A stretch of 64,000 nucleotides of DNA from Chthonomonadales bacterium. GTDB lineage: Bacteria > Armatimonadota > Chthonomonadetes > Chthonomonadales > CAJBBX01. The notes beneath the pieces are model-generated. The model was not told the DNA's origin and did no database searches. It saw only the letters and a list, made by a program, of their open reading frames with translations. The stretch covers positions 9,320 to 73,319 of the forward strand of contig JBBROJ010000004.1 in the NCBI GenBank assembly GCA_038229495.1, given 5' to 3'. Below are positions 19,741 through 27,575 of the stretch, one piece after another (position 1 is the first letter of the stretch; each line of letters starts with the position of its first letter). Position numbers and translations under genes: made by a program.

Positions 19741-21723
19741 ATGATGCAGACAAAGGACCGTATGCCCTCACGAATTTTTACAGCTTCGCTCGCGTTCTGC
19801 CTAGCTTCGCTCACGCAAACTGGACGTGCCCAAAACATCGCGGACGTATGGCCTCCCGGAGCGCCCCGCGGCGGGAAGGCGACTGTACAGATCGAAGGCT
19901 CGGGTTTCGTGGGCGCTAAAGCGGCGCTCATCAGTGGGCAGGGCGTGAAGGCGCAAATTGGCGCGCCTGCCGCAAACGGCAATTCGATTCCGCTGACGCT
20001 CGACATTGCGCCGGACGCCGCGCCGGGCCCTTACGAGGTGCGCGTAGTGACGCCGGGCGGCCTGTCGAATCCCGGCTACCTGTGGGTCGGGACATTCAAG
20101 GAGACCCAAGAGAAGGAACCCGATAATCAGCCCGCCGAGGCGATGAAGCTGGACAATCTCCCGATCACCGTGAATGGCCGCGCCAACAACCCGGAGGACG
20201 TGGACTGGTATCAGTTCCACGCGGACGCGGGCGAAACGTTCGTATTCGATATCTGCGCGAACCGGCTCTATGCGCCGCTCGACCCTTTCCTAGAACTGAG
20301 GGACAGCGAGGGAAGGCTGCTCGGATCCGCGATGGAGGGCTATGATCGCGATCCGCGCCTGATTCATACTTTCAAGAAGTCGGGCGAATACAGATTGCAG
20401 GTGCGTGACACGCTCTATCGGGGGGGCGGCAGTTTCATCTACCGGCTGACGCTGGGCAAGATTCCGGTGATTACGTCTCTGACACCTGGAGGCGGGCGGC
20501 GGGGGCAGACCCTGAACGCCGCAGTCGAAGGCTACAATCTGGGCAGCATGAAGACCGTGACGATTCCTCTTCCCGCCGACATGCCGGAGAATCGCACGTG
20601 GTACGCCCTCGTGGATACCCCTAACGGTCCCGCGCTGCCCGTGGCGGTATTCGGGGATGACATGGCGCATACCGTCGCACCGGCCGGGGCGGCCACGCTG
20701 CCGAAAGCCGGTCTGCCCGCCGCGATTGATGGCCGCCTGAACGCCGCGAAAGAGACGCACCTCATTCATTTCGACGCGGAGGCCGGCAAAGCGTATCAGA
20801 TTTCCGTGGCGGCGCGCTCTACTGGCTCGCGCGCGATTCCCTATCTTCGAATCCTGAATGGAGCCGGCAAGGAGCTTCTCAATACCGAGGATCAGATTGG
20901 CCGTGACCCGCAGATCGTCTTCACGCCGCCCGCCAATGGCACGTACAAGATTGAGTTGAGCACGATCGACGCGAAGGGCGGTCCGGACTACTACTACCGC
21001 CTGTTCGTTCGCCCGCCCACAATGCCGGAATTTCGGCTCACCGCTTCACCGGATAATCTCGTGCTCGGCCACGGCCAGACACTGGTCGTGAACGTGGGTC
21101 TGGAGAGGCGCGGCGGCTTCGGCGGGCCTGCAACCATATCTGTGGAAGGGCTGCCGGCAGGCGTAATGGTGAATCCGTTGGTAATAGGTCCCGGCCAAAC
21201 ATCTGGTATCCTAACGCTAACCGCCGCGACCGATGCCGCGCCAGCCAACGCTCCGCTGCGAATCGTGGCCGAGTCGGCGGACGTGAAGGGACCGGATGGA
21301 AAGCCTTTTCGGCTCGGCGCGCTCGTGCTTGCCAACCTGCCGCGTCCGGGAGAGGGCCAGGTCGTTCCGCGCCCGGTGCATTTCCAGATGGCAACCACGA
21401 CCGCCGCCGTCCCGCTATACACATTGACTCCGGAGTCGACGCAGATTACCCTGATGCCGGGCCAGACCGTGATGGTGAAGGTCCGCGCGAATCGCCGCCC
21501 GAACGATAACGCCGCAAATCCCGCCATTGCCTTGACGCTGGCGAATCTGCCGCCCGGAGTGAGCGCCGAGACGCCCGCCATCCCCGACAAGCAGACCGAA
21601 ATCACAATCAAGCTCACTGCCGCCGGAAACGCGGGTCCGTTCTCCGCCAGCGCACTCCTCACCGGCAAGCTCGGCAACGACGTTCAGCCTGCCCCCGCGA
21701 TTCAGGTTACGGTAAAGAAATAG
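19741..21723 (+). CDS. Secreted protein with pre-peptidase C-terminal (PPC)-type beta-sandwich domains
   Basis: Signal peptide. DVDWYQFHADAGETFVFD...GEYRLQVRD is a typical PPC domain and a second similar module is present. Starts 12 nt after the previous gene. Confidence 0.65.
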   Translation: MMQTKDRMPSRIFTASLAFCLASLTQTGRAQNIADVWPPGAPRGGKATVQIEGSGFVGAKAALISGQGVKAQIGAPAANGNSIPLTLDIAPDAAPGPYEVRVVTPGGLSNPGYLWVGTFKETQEKEPDNQPAEAMKLDNLPITVNGRANNPEDVDWYQFHADAGETFVFDICANRLYAPLDPFLELRDSEGRLLGSAMEGYDRDPRLIHTFKKSGEYRLQVRDTLYRGGGSFIYRLTLGKIPVITSLTPGGGRRGQTLNAAVEGYNLGSMKTVTIPLPADMPENRTWYALVDTPNGPALPVAVFGDDMAHTVAPAGAATLPKAGLPAAIDGRLNAAKETHLIHFDAEAGKAYQISVAARSTGSRAIPYLRILNGAGKELLNTEDQIGRDPQIVFTPPANGTYKIELSTIDAKGGPDYYYRLFVRPPTMPEFRLTASPDNLVLGHGQTLVVNVGLERRGGFGGPATISVEGLPAGVMVNPLVIGPGQTSGILTLTAATDAAPANAPLRIVAESADVKGPDGKPFRLGALVLANLPRPGEGQVVPRPVHFQMATTTAAVPLYTLTPESTQITLMPGQTVMVKVRANRRPNDNAANPAIALTLANLPPGVSAETPAIPDKQTEITIKLTAAGNAGPFSASALLTGKLGNDVQPAPAIQVTVKK

Positions 21724-21877
21724 TGCCGAGTGCTGAGTGCTGAGAGAACGTCAAGAACACGGCGCAACGCGGCTAAAATATCGGCGCAACGCGGAGGTTG
21801 CTCCGTACTTGAGGCGAGCGGCCACACAGGGCAGCCCCTACTCATCACTCAGCACCCAGCACTCAGCACCCAGCGCT
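21722..21877. repeat. Inverted TGAGTGC arrays flanking a core that carries the GGCGCAACGCGGAGGTTGCTCCGTAC motif
   Basis: agtgccgagtgctgagtgctgag (21722-21744) versus ctcagcacccagcactcagcaccc (21848-21872). The 26-nt motif is at 21783-21808, with a half copy at 21761-21772. Confidence 0.8.
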
Positions 21878-21881
21878 TCCC

Positions 21882-23000
21882 ATGAACATTCTACAAGTCA
21901 TCTCCAGCTCGCGCACTTCGGGGGCGGAGAAGCACCTCGTCGTGCTCTCCGAGTGGCTCCGCAAGCGCGGCCATAACATAACCGCCGTCTGCCCATGCGG
22001 CGGCTGGCTTCCCGAGCAGCTGCGCGGCGCGGGCATCCCGACTATAGAGCTTTCCATGCGCGGCGCGACGTCCTCGGCAACCATTCTCGCGCTTCGCCGC
22101 ATGGTCCGCGAGCAGAAAGTAGACGTGATTCACACCCATTTGACCCGCGCAACCTATATGGGCTACGCCGCCGGCCACCTGGCCCACGTGCCGGTCATAT
22201 CAACGGTCCACGTGCTCACGCGTGATTTTGCCTACCGCTGGCTGCCGCGCGGGAATCATTCCTTTGTCGCGGTCTCGAACTATCTCCGCGAGCGGTTGAT
22301 AGCGCGCGGCGTGCCCGAAGCGCGCGTGCACACGGTCTACAACGGAACGGACTTCACCGATCTGACAGCCGACGACCGGATTGTTCCAGCCCCGTCGCTT
22401 AGTGTCCGCGCGGAGCTGGGGCTTCCCGCCGACTCGGAGCTGATTGGGCAGATTGGACGCGTAGACTCATTCAAGGGAGCGCCGCTGCTCGTGAGGGCCG
22501 CAGCCGAAGTCGTTGCAAAGAGACCGCGCGCCTATTTCGTCTTCGTGGGACATGCTGAGCCTGGAATCCAGCAGGCGCTCTGGGAGCTGGCGAGCGAGGC
22601 AGGGATTGACGATAGATTGCGATTCACGGGCGTGCGAGACGACGTGCCGCGAATCATGAATGCGATGGATGTTATCTCGGTGCCCTCTGAGACCGAGACG
22701 TTCGGCATGGTTATTGCGGAAGCTATGGCGATGGGACGCCCCGTGGTTGCCACCCGTGCCGGTGGAATTCCCGAGTTGGTCGAGGATGGCGAGACAGGCA
22801 TTCTGGTCGAGCGGAATCCGGATGCGCTTGCGCGAGCCATTAACGATATCCTGGAGGATCCTATACTGCGCGAGCGCATGGGCAACGCCGCGCGAACGCG
22901 CGCGAATACGCGCTTCACTGCGCAGGTTATGGCTCAGAACATGGAGCAGGTCTACCAGAGCATCTTGAGCGCCCGTCGCTCCGCGCGCGTCGCGGCCTGA
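21882..23000 (+). CDS. Glycosyltransferase family 4 (GT-B)
   Basis: 372 aa. N-terminal SSSRTSGAEKH and a C-terminal EX7E-type region (ETFGMVIAEAMAMGRPVVATRAGGIPELVEDGETG). Confidence 0.9.
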   Translation: MNILQVISSSRTSGAEKHLVVLSEWLRKRGHNITAVCPCGGWLPEQLRGAGIPTIELSMRGATSSATILALRRMVREQKVDVIHTHLTRATYMGYAAGHLAHVPVISTVHVLTRDFAYRWLPRGNHSFVAVSNYLRERLIARGVPEARVHTVYNGTDFTDLTADDRIVPAPSLSVRAELGLPADSELIGQIGRVDSFKGAPLLVRAAAEVVAKRPRAYFVFVGHAEPGIQQALWELASEAGIDDRLRFTGVRDDVPRIMNAMDVISVPSETETFGMVIAEAMAMGRPVVATRAGGIPELVEDGETGILVERNPDALARAINDILEDPILRERMGNAARTRANTRFTAQVMAQNMEQVYQSILSARRSARVAA

Positions 23001-23055
23001 AGCAACGACCAACGACGGAAGACGGTAGTCGGAAGCCCGACTACCCGACGACTCA
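23001..23055. repeat. CAACGAC x2 + GGAAGAC/GTAGTCGGAAG units with a small hairpin
   Basis: agcaacgaccaacgacggaagacggtagtcggaagcccgactacccgacgactc. gtagtcgg/ccgactac forms an 8-bp stem. Confidence 0.8.
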
Positions 23056-23063
23056 TCAACCCC

Positions 23064-23777
23064 ATGCCACTCCCCATCCTCATGTACCACAAGGTCGGCG
23101 CGCCCGTCGCGTCGAAGGCGGACACCTTCCTGAACGTCTCCGCCAAGAGCTTTGCGCGGCAAATGCGGCTGCTCATGCGGCTCGGATATACGGGGATCAC
23201 GCTCGCGGAAGGCTGCGAGAGGCTTGCCGCGGGCAGTCTGCCCCGGCGCACCGTCTGCGTCACGTTCGACGATGGCTACGCAAGTGTCGGCGATCATGCG
23301 GCGCCAATTCTCGATGCTTATGGATGGCCGGCGACCGTATTCGTCCCGACCGCCTATGTAGGCGGCGAAAACCAATGGGACGGAATGAACGGTCACCCGC
23401 TGCTGCCTATCATGAACTGGTCCAGGCTCAGGGAGCTTCAGGAAGCGGGATGGGAGATGGCGGCGCATACCCGTACGCACCCTCGCCTGGAAACGCTGGG
23501 CGACGACGAGGCTCTGCGCGAGATGCGTGAGGGCCGGGACGACCTGACAAACAACCTTACCGCGCCTGCGCGAACGTTCTGCTACCCCTTCGGCGGCATC
23601 AACGCGCGGACGCCGCAGCTTGCGCGGGAGGCCGGATTTGTGGCGGCGTGCACAACGAAGAGTGGTGTCGCCCGGCACGATTCCGATCCTTTCCTTCTGC
23701 CGCGCGTAAAGGTCGCCTATCGCGATGACGTCTGGGGTCTCTTTTATCGCCTCGTGATTCGCCCGCGGCTAAATTAG
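23064..23777 (+). CDS. Polysaccharide deacetylase (CE4 / NodB homology)
   Basis: ILMYHKV N-terminus, TFDDGY metal motif, HTRTHPRL. Confidence 0.88.
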   Translation: MPLPILMYHKVGAPVASKADTFLNVSAKSFARQMRLLMRLGYTGITLAEGCERLAAGSLPRRTVCVTFDDGYASVGDHAAPILDAYGWPATVFVPTAYVGGENQWDGMNGHPLLPIMNWSRLRELQEAGWEMAAHTRTHPRLETLGDDEALREMREGRDDLTNNLTAPARTFCYPFGGINARTPQLAREAGFVAACTTKSGVARHDSDPFLLPRVKVAYRDDVWGLFYRLVIRPRLN

Positions 23778-23950
23778 CCCGTAATTCGACCTGTTCCGTA
23801 GAATCCCCCTTCAGTTATTGCGCGTTTAAGTCGATAATAATTGAGCGCGGGGAAAGAGTGGGTATATGCGGAACCTGGATGTTGCCGCCCCCGAGCAGTG
23901 GAGGCGCGAACGGCGAATGATGGGCACGAACGTCGCGTCTGTAATAACTT

Positions 23951-25288
23951 ATGTCGAACGACACCAACCGGCGGCTGTCGGATCTGGAGGTTCACGACCT
24001 TCTGCGTGAGTACAAGCTCACTCGCCGGCAGGCGATTCGAGACCGCATCGTAATGCAATATACCAATCTCGTGGAAAGCATAGCAAGGCGCTTCGCGGGG
24101 GCGGCTGAACCAAGTGAAGATCTGGCGCAAGAAGGATATATCGGGCTAATTACTGCCGTAGACGGATATGACGCCGACAAAGGAGTCAAATTCAGCACCT
24201 ACGCTACTCACTTTATTATCGGGCAGATTAAACATCACCTGCGTGACAGGGGCAAAATCATAAAGGAGCCCGCCTGGCTGCAAGAGCTTAACCAGAAGGT
24301 TACCAAAGTCATTGAGTCGCTGTCGCAAGAGCTTGGCCGCCCGCCTACGAATAGTGAGATAGCAAAATTGATGGGCATGCAGGAAGAGGCCATCGCGGAC
24401 CTCATGACGAGCAGAGAGGTCTTCAAAGTCGCGTCATTGGACGGTGGAAATGAGCAGGATGACGAGGCGTCTTCGACCTATGACATGGACAGAGTAAAGG
24501 CGGATAAAGCCGTCGACTTCCAGCTGCCGGTCGAGGAGAAGCTCGTGCTCGAAACGGCCCTTCGAAAGCTCAAGGAGCTGGAACAGGCCGTGGTCCAGGA
24601 GTTCTATTACCGGGACAGAAACCAGACGGAGATCGCCCGTAACATGGGAATCTCCTGCAACTACGTATCGCACATTCTTCGCAATTCGACGAAGAAGCTG
24701 AAAAAGATCATGGTCACCGATGAGATCAAGGAGGCGCAGATGGCGATGAGCCTGGTGCGCCGCCGTGGAGACTCGCTGCCCGTGATCTCAACGGAACAGA
24801 CCGTCGTGGATGGCTTGACCAGGCTCTACAACCGCCGCTACTTCGACAGTCGTCTCGAAGAGGAGCTGAGCCGCGCAAGCCGCTACGAAGCGCCGCTGTC
24901 CATACTGCTGATAGAACTTCAGGGGTACGAGCAGATCGGCCGGGCTTATGGTACGATTCGCGCTGAGGAGACGCTTCGGAGCGCGGCAGACATAATCCGC
25001 GAAACGGTTAGAAAAGCGGACATCGTCACGCGGTTCGACAATTGCTGCTTTGGCCTGGTGCTTCCGCACACGGGGACCCAGGTTGAGGTCGTGGTGAATC
25101 GATTGACGGACAACCTGGGCGAGTGGCTTGTTTCGGAGGGGCATCTGACAAGCAGAGCGCCTCTGGCCCTCAAGCTGGGGTGGGCGTGTTATCCGCGGGA
25201 CGCCGAAGACGGCGCAGCGCTTCTAGCGCACGCCGCCGAATCTATCGCGGCCGTTGAGATTGCAGGCCAGACCGCTATCGCGGCCTAG
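23951..25288 (+). CDS. Group-3 sigma factor (SigB/F/G-like) fused to a degenerate GGDEF domain with a retained RxxD I-site
   Basis: Aa 1-255 carry region 2 (DLAQEGYIGLITAVDGYD, FSTYATHFIIGQIKHHLRD), region 3, and region 4.2 (QTEIARNMGISCNYVSHILRNSTKKLKK). Aa 286-445 form a GGDEF fold (DGLTRLYNRRYF). The GG(D/E)EF site reads DNCCF (nt 25037-25051). RKAD lies exactly 5 residues upstream of it. Confidence 0.85.
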   Translation: MSNDTNRRLSDLEVHDLLREYKLTRRQAIRDRIVMQYTNLVESIARRFAGAAEPSEDLAQEGYIGLITAVDGYDADKGVKFSTYATHFIIGQIKHHLRDRGKIIKEPAWLQELNQKVTKVIESLSQELGRPPTNSEIAKLMGMQEEAIADLMTSREVFKVASLDGGNEQDDEASSTYDMDRVKADKAVDFQLPVEEKLVLETALRKLKELEQAVVQEFYYRDRNQTEIARNMGISCNYVSHILRNSTKKLKKIMVTDEIKEAQMAMSLVRRRGDSLPVISTEQTVVDGLTRLYNRRYFDSRLEEELSRASRYEAPLSILLIELQGYEQIGRAYGTIRAEETLRSAADIIRETVRKADIVTRFDNCCFGLVLPHTGTQVEVVVNRLTDNLGEWLVSEGHLTSRAPLALKLGWACYPRDAEDGAALLAHAAESIAAVEIAGQTAIAA

Positions 25289-25313
25289 CAGATTAATTCG
25301 TAAATTAAGCTGT

Positions 25314-25368
25314 CCGGGCCGGCGCCTTCCGAAAAGAGTTTTCGGGGGCGCCGGTCCGGGCATTTTCT
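25314..25368. terminator. Long GC-rich hairpin plus T-run between convergent genes (bidirectional terminator)
   Basis: ccgggccggcgcc..ccgaaaa-gag-ttttcgg..ggcgccggtccgg, followed by gcattttct. Confidence 0.6.
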
Positions 25369-25390
25369 ATGTTTCCGGTTTATCGGGCAG

Positions 25391-26563
25391 TTAAGCGCTC
25401 ATTTCTTCCAGCGCAGTGCACATTCGGTCCATCTCCTCCTCCGTGTTGTAATAGTGGACGGAGGCGCGCAAGACGGGCTTCGCCCGACCCGCCAGCACAT
25501 CCAGCGGCGTCACGGGCCGCGGTATGGTATTGATTCCCAGGGCAGCAAGCTCTCGCCGAATATCCTCCGGGGACAGCCGCGCATGCGTGAACGTAACGAT
25601 GCCGCACTGCTCCCTGCCCACGTCTTCGACCGTTAAGTAAGGCATCTCGCGAAGCCGCGCGCGCAGGCGGTCCGCCAATCCCGTGACTCGTGTCCGAATA
25701 GATTCCAACCCCAAACTGAGCGCATAATCTATGGCAACGCCGAGCCCGATTCGGGCCGCGTGGCTCGTCTCCCAGGTTTCGAATCGTCTGGCGTCTTCGT
25801 GCACCGAATAGTCGGTAAGGGAGAGCAGGTCCGCGGCCGAGTGGTCGAGCAGCGGGGGATCAAGCCGGGGAATCAATCCTTGCCGCACGTATAAGAACGC
25901 GGCGCCGCGAGGACCCCGAAGATACTTCCGGCATGTCGCAGTCAGCATGTCGCACTCAATCCGGTTTACATCCAACGGCATTTGCCCGGCGGATTGGGCC
26001 GCATCCAGCAGGTAGTGCACGCCCGCGTCTTTCGCGATTCTCCCAACCTCTTCGGCCGGATTCACGAGGCCGTTATTGGTTGAAATGTGCGTGAGCGCAA
26101 TCATTTTCACGCGGTCATCAATGGAGTTTCTCAGAGCGTCAAGCGATACCCGGCCCGATTCGTCGTCCGGAATCACCTTCACCGTTGCGTCCGTTCGTCG
26201 GGCGTAGTGCAGCAGGCTTACGTAGTTGCCGGGATACTCCGCGCACGCAGTCAGAATACGGTCGCCGGGCTTCAAGGGAATCGAGTAGAGCGCCATCTCC
26301 CAGGCGCGCGTGGCGTTCTCCATCAGCGCGATCTCATTGCGCCGCGCCCCAATCAGCTCCGCGACCGCAAGGTAAGCCCGCTCAAGTTTCGCGTGTTCTT
26401 GCTCCGCCGCCTCATATCCGCCGATCTGCGCTTCAAGCCGCAGATATTCGATCATGGCATCGGTGACCTGGCGCGGCGGCAGCGAGGCTCCCGCGTTATT
26501 GAAGTGGATTCTATTTTTGCAGCCGGGCGTATCCGCGCGGGTTTTTCCAATGTCGAAGCTCAC
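25391..26563 (-). CDS. Class V PLP-dependent aminotransferase / desulfurase-like enzyme
   Basis: GTG 26563 overlaps the upstream stop (GTGA), and GAAGGAA lies 12 nt upstream. Class V features: HFNNAGASL, ALTHISTNNG, CRKYLRGPRG (PLP Lys). The extra 90 codons of the ORF-track start lie inside the upstream gene. Confidence 0.8.
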   Translation of the reverse strand: MSFDIGKTRADTPGCKNRIHFNNAGASLPPRQVTDAMIEYLRLEAQIGGYEAAEQEHAKLERAYLAVAELIGARRNEIALMENATRAWEMALYSIPLKPGDRILTACAEYPGNYVSLLHYARRTDATVKVIPDDESGRVSLDALRNSIDDRVKMIALTHISTNNGLVNPAEEVGRIAKDAGVHYLLDAAQSAGQMPLDVNRIECDMLTATCRKYLRGPRGAAFLYVRQGLIPRLDPPLLDHSAADLLSLTDYSVHEDARRFETWETSHAARIGLGVAIDYALSLGLESIRTRVTGLADRLRARLREMPYLTVEDVGREQCGIVTFTHARLSPEDIRRELAALGINTIPRPVTPLDVLAGRAKPVLRASVHYYNTEEEMDRMCTALEEMSA

Positions 26564-27432
26564 TTTGACGCATGTTCCTTCAAGCGATAGATTCTCAGCG
26601 CGTTGTCGTGGAGCAGTTTGCACTGTCGTTCGTCCGGCCAGACCGATATGATTTCGCGAAGAGCGGTCACCCACTCGCGCAGCGGCGCGACGAGCGTGCA
26701 TACGGGCCAGTCGCCGCCGAATACGATTCGGTCCGGCCCAAATACTTCCGTGCAGTGGAGGACGATAGGCGCGAGATCGGCGGCGCTCCATGCCCCGGGC
26801 CGGGCGGTTACGACGATTCCCGATATTTTGCAAGCAACATTGGGCCGGGCGGCTACACGTTCACTGTCGCGCCGCCACTGCGATAGATCGGTCGATTGAA
26901 CGTCGGGATTGCCGCAGTGATCGAGGATAAATTGCGTATCGGGGCAGATCTCGGCCAGCTTCGCGGCATCTTTCAGCTCCTCCGGGCGGATGCAGATATC
27001 GAACGAAAGACCGAGAGCGCCGAGAAGACGCACCGATTCGACAAATACCGGCTGGAGGCAGAATCCGGCGGGTGTCGAGCCGTGCAGAATCTGCCGCACG
27101 CCCTTTACGTATCCACCATAGGGTTCGCCGGTGAATCGGCGAATGTATGATTCGAACCCTTCTTCCGCCGGACGCCCGGAGATGACCGCAGCGAGCATCG
27201 GATTGTCCGGCCGGCGGCAAAGGCCGATTACGTATTCCGCCTCATTAGGCTGCTGGTCCGGCGCGAGGTCCACTTCCATATAGACCGTGCCGGCGATGTT
27301 GAGCCCCTCCGCTTCTTGCAGGTAGTCTGCCATGAGGTGGCTGCGGCCGAGCCGGCTCCCCTCCACGATCCACGGCAGCCGGAAGCGATTCAGGTCCCAG
27401 AGATGCTGATGCGTGTCTATGATGGGGAGCAT
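26560..27432 (-). CDS. Amidohydrolase-2 family metal-dependent hydrolase
   Basis: ATG 27432 is preceded by GGAGG. Metal motif IIDTHQHLW, TIM-barrel pattern, HCGNPD. Confidence 0.8.
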   Translation of the reverse strand: MLPIIDTHQHLWDLNRFRLPWIVEGSRLGRSHLMADYLQEAEGLNIAGTVYMEVDLAPDQQPNEAEYVIGLCRRPDNPMLAAVISGRPAEEGFESYIRRFTGEPYGGYVKGVRQILHGSTPAGFCLQPVFVESVRLLGALGLSFDICIRPEELKDAAKLAEICPDTQFILDHCGNPDVQSTDLSQWRRDSERVAARPNVACKISGIVVTARPGAWSAADLAPIVLHCTEVFGPDRIVFGGDWPVCTLVAPLREWVTALREIISVWPDERQCKLLHDNALRIYRLKEHASK

Positions 27433-27575
27433 GTTTCCTCCAAACGGTTGCCACGCAGTGCGGCACATTTCGCGCGAAGGGTTTAGCATAGCTAAACACG
27501 CGATCTAACGATCTGCAACAAGGCCCGTCGTCCGAGCGTTCGGATGACGGGCCTGTTCACTGGCGAGCTTCGGAC

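Noticed and set aside
18126-19919. Alternative-frame ORFs 18126..18983, 18373..19587 (minus strand) and 19245..19919 over the cytochrome-WD40 gene.
   Set aside because: The WD40 frame shows a signal peptide, CxxCH and regular GH/WD repeats. The alternatives are Arg/Gly-rich shadows.
23951-24715. The idea that the sigma-GGDEF protein is the flagellar sigma factor FliA that reads the CCGATAA motifs.
   Set aside because: Region 2.4 reads IIGQIKHHLRD and region 4.2 reads YYRDRNQTEIA..GIS..YVSHILR, both characteristic of SigB/F/G. FliA/SigD/WhiG carry RIRGA. The link to the motifs is therefore unsupported.
26564-26833. A 90-codon N-terminal extension of the aminotransferase ORF.
   Set aside because: It lies entirely inside the upstream amidohydrolase gene. 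GTG 26563 has a Shine-Dalgarno sequence and a GTGA stop/start overlap, which gives a normal-length class V enzyme.
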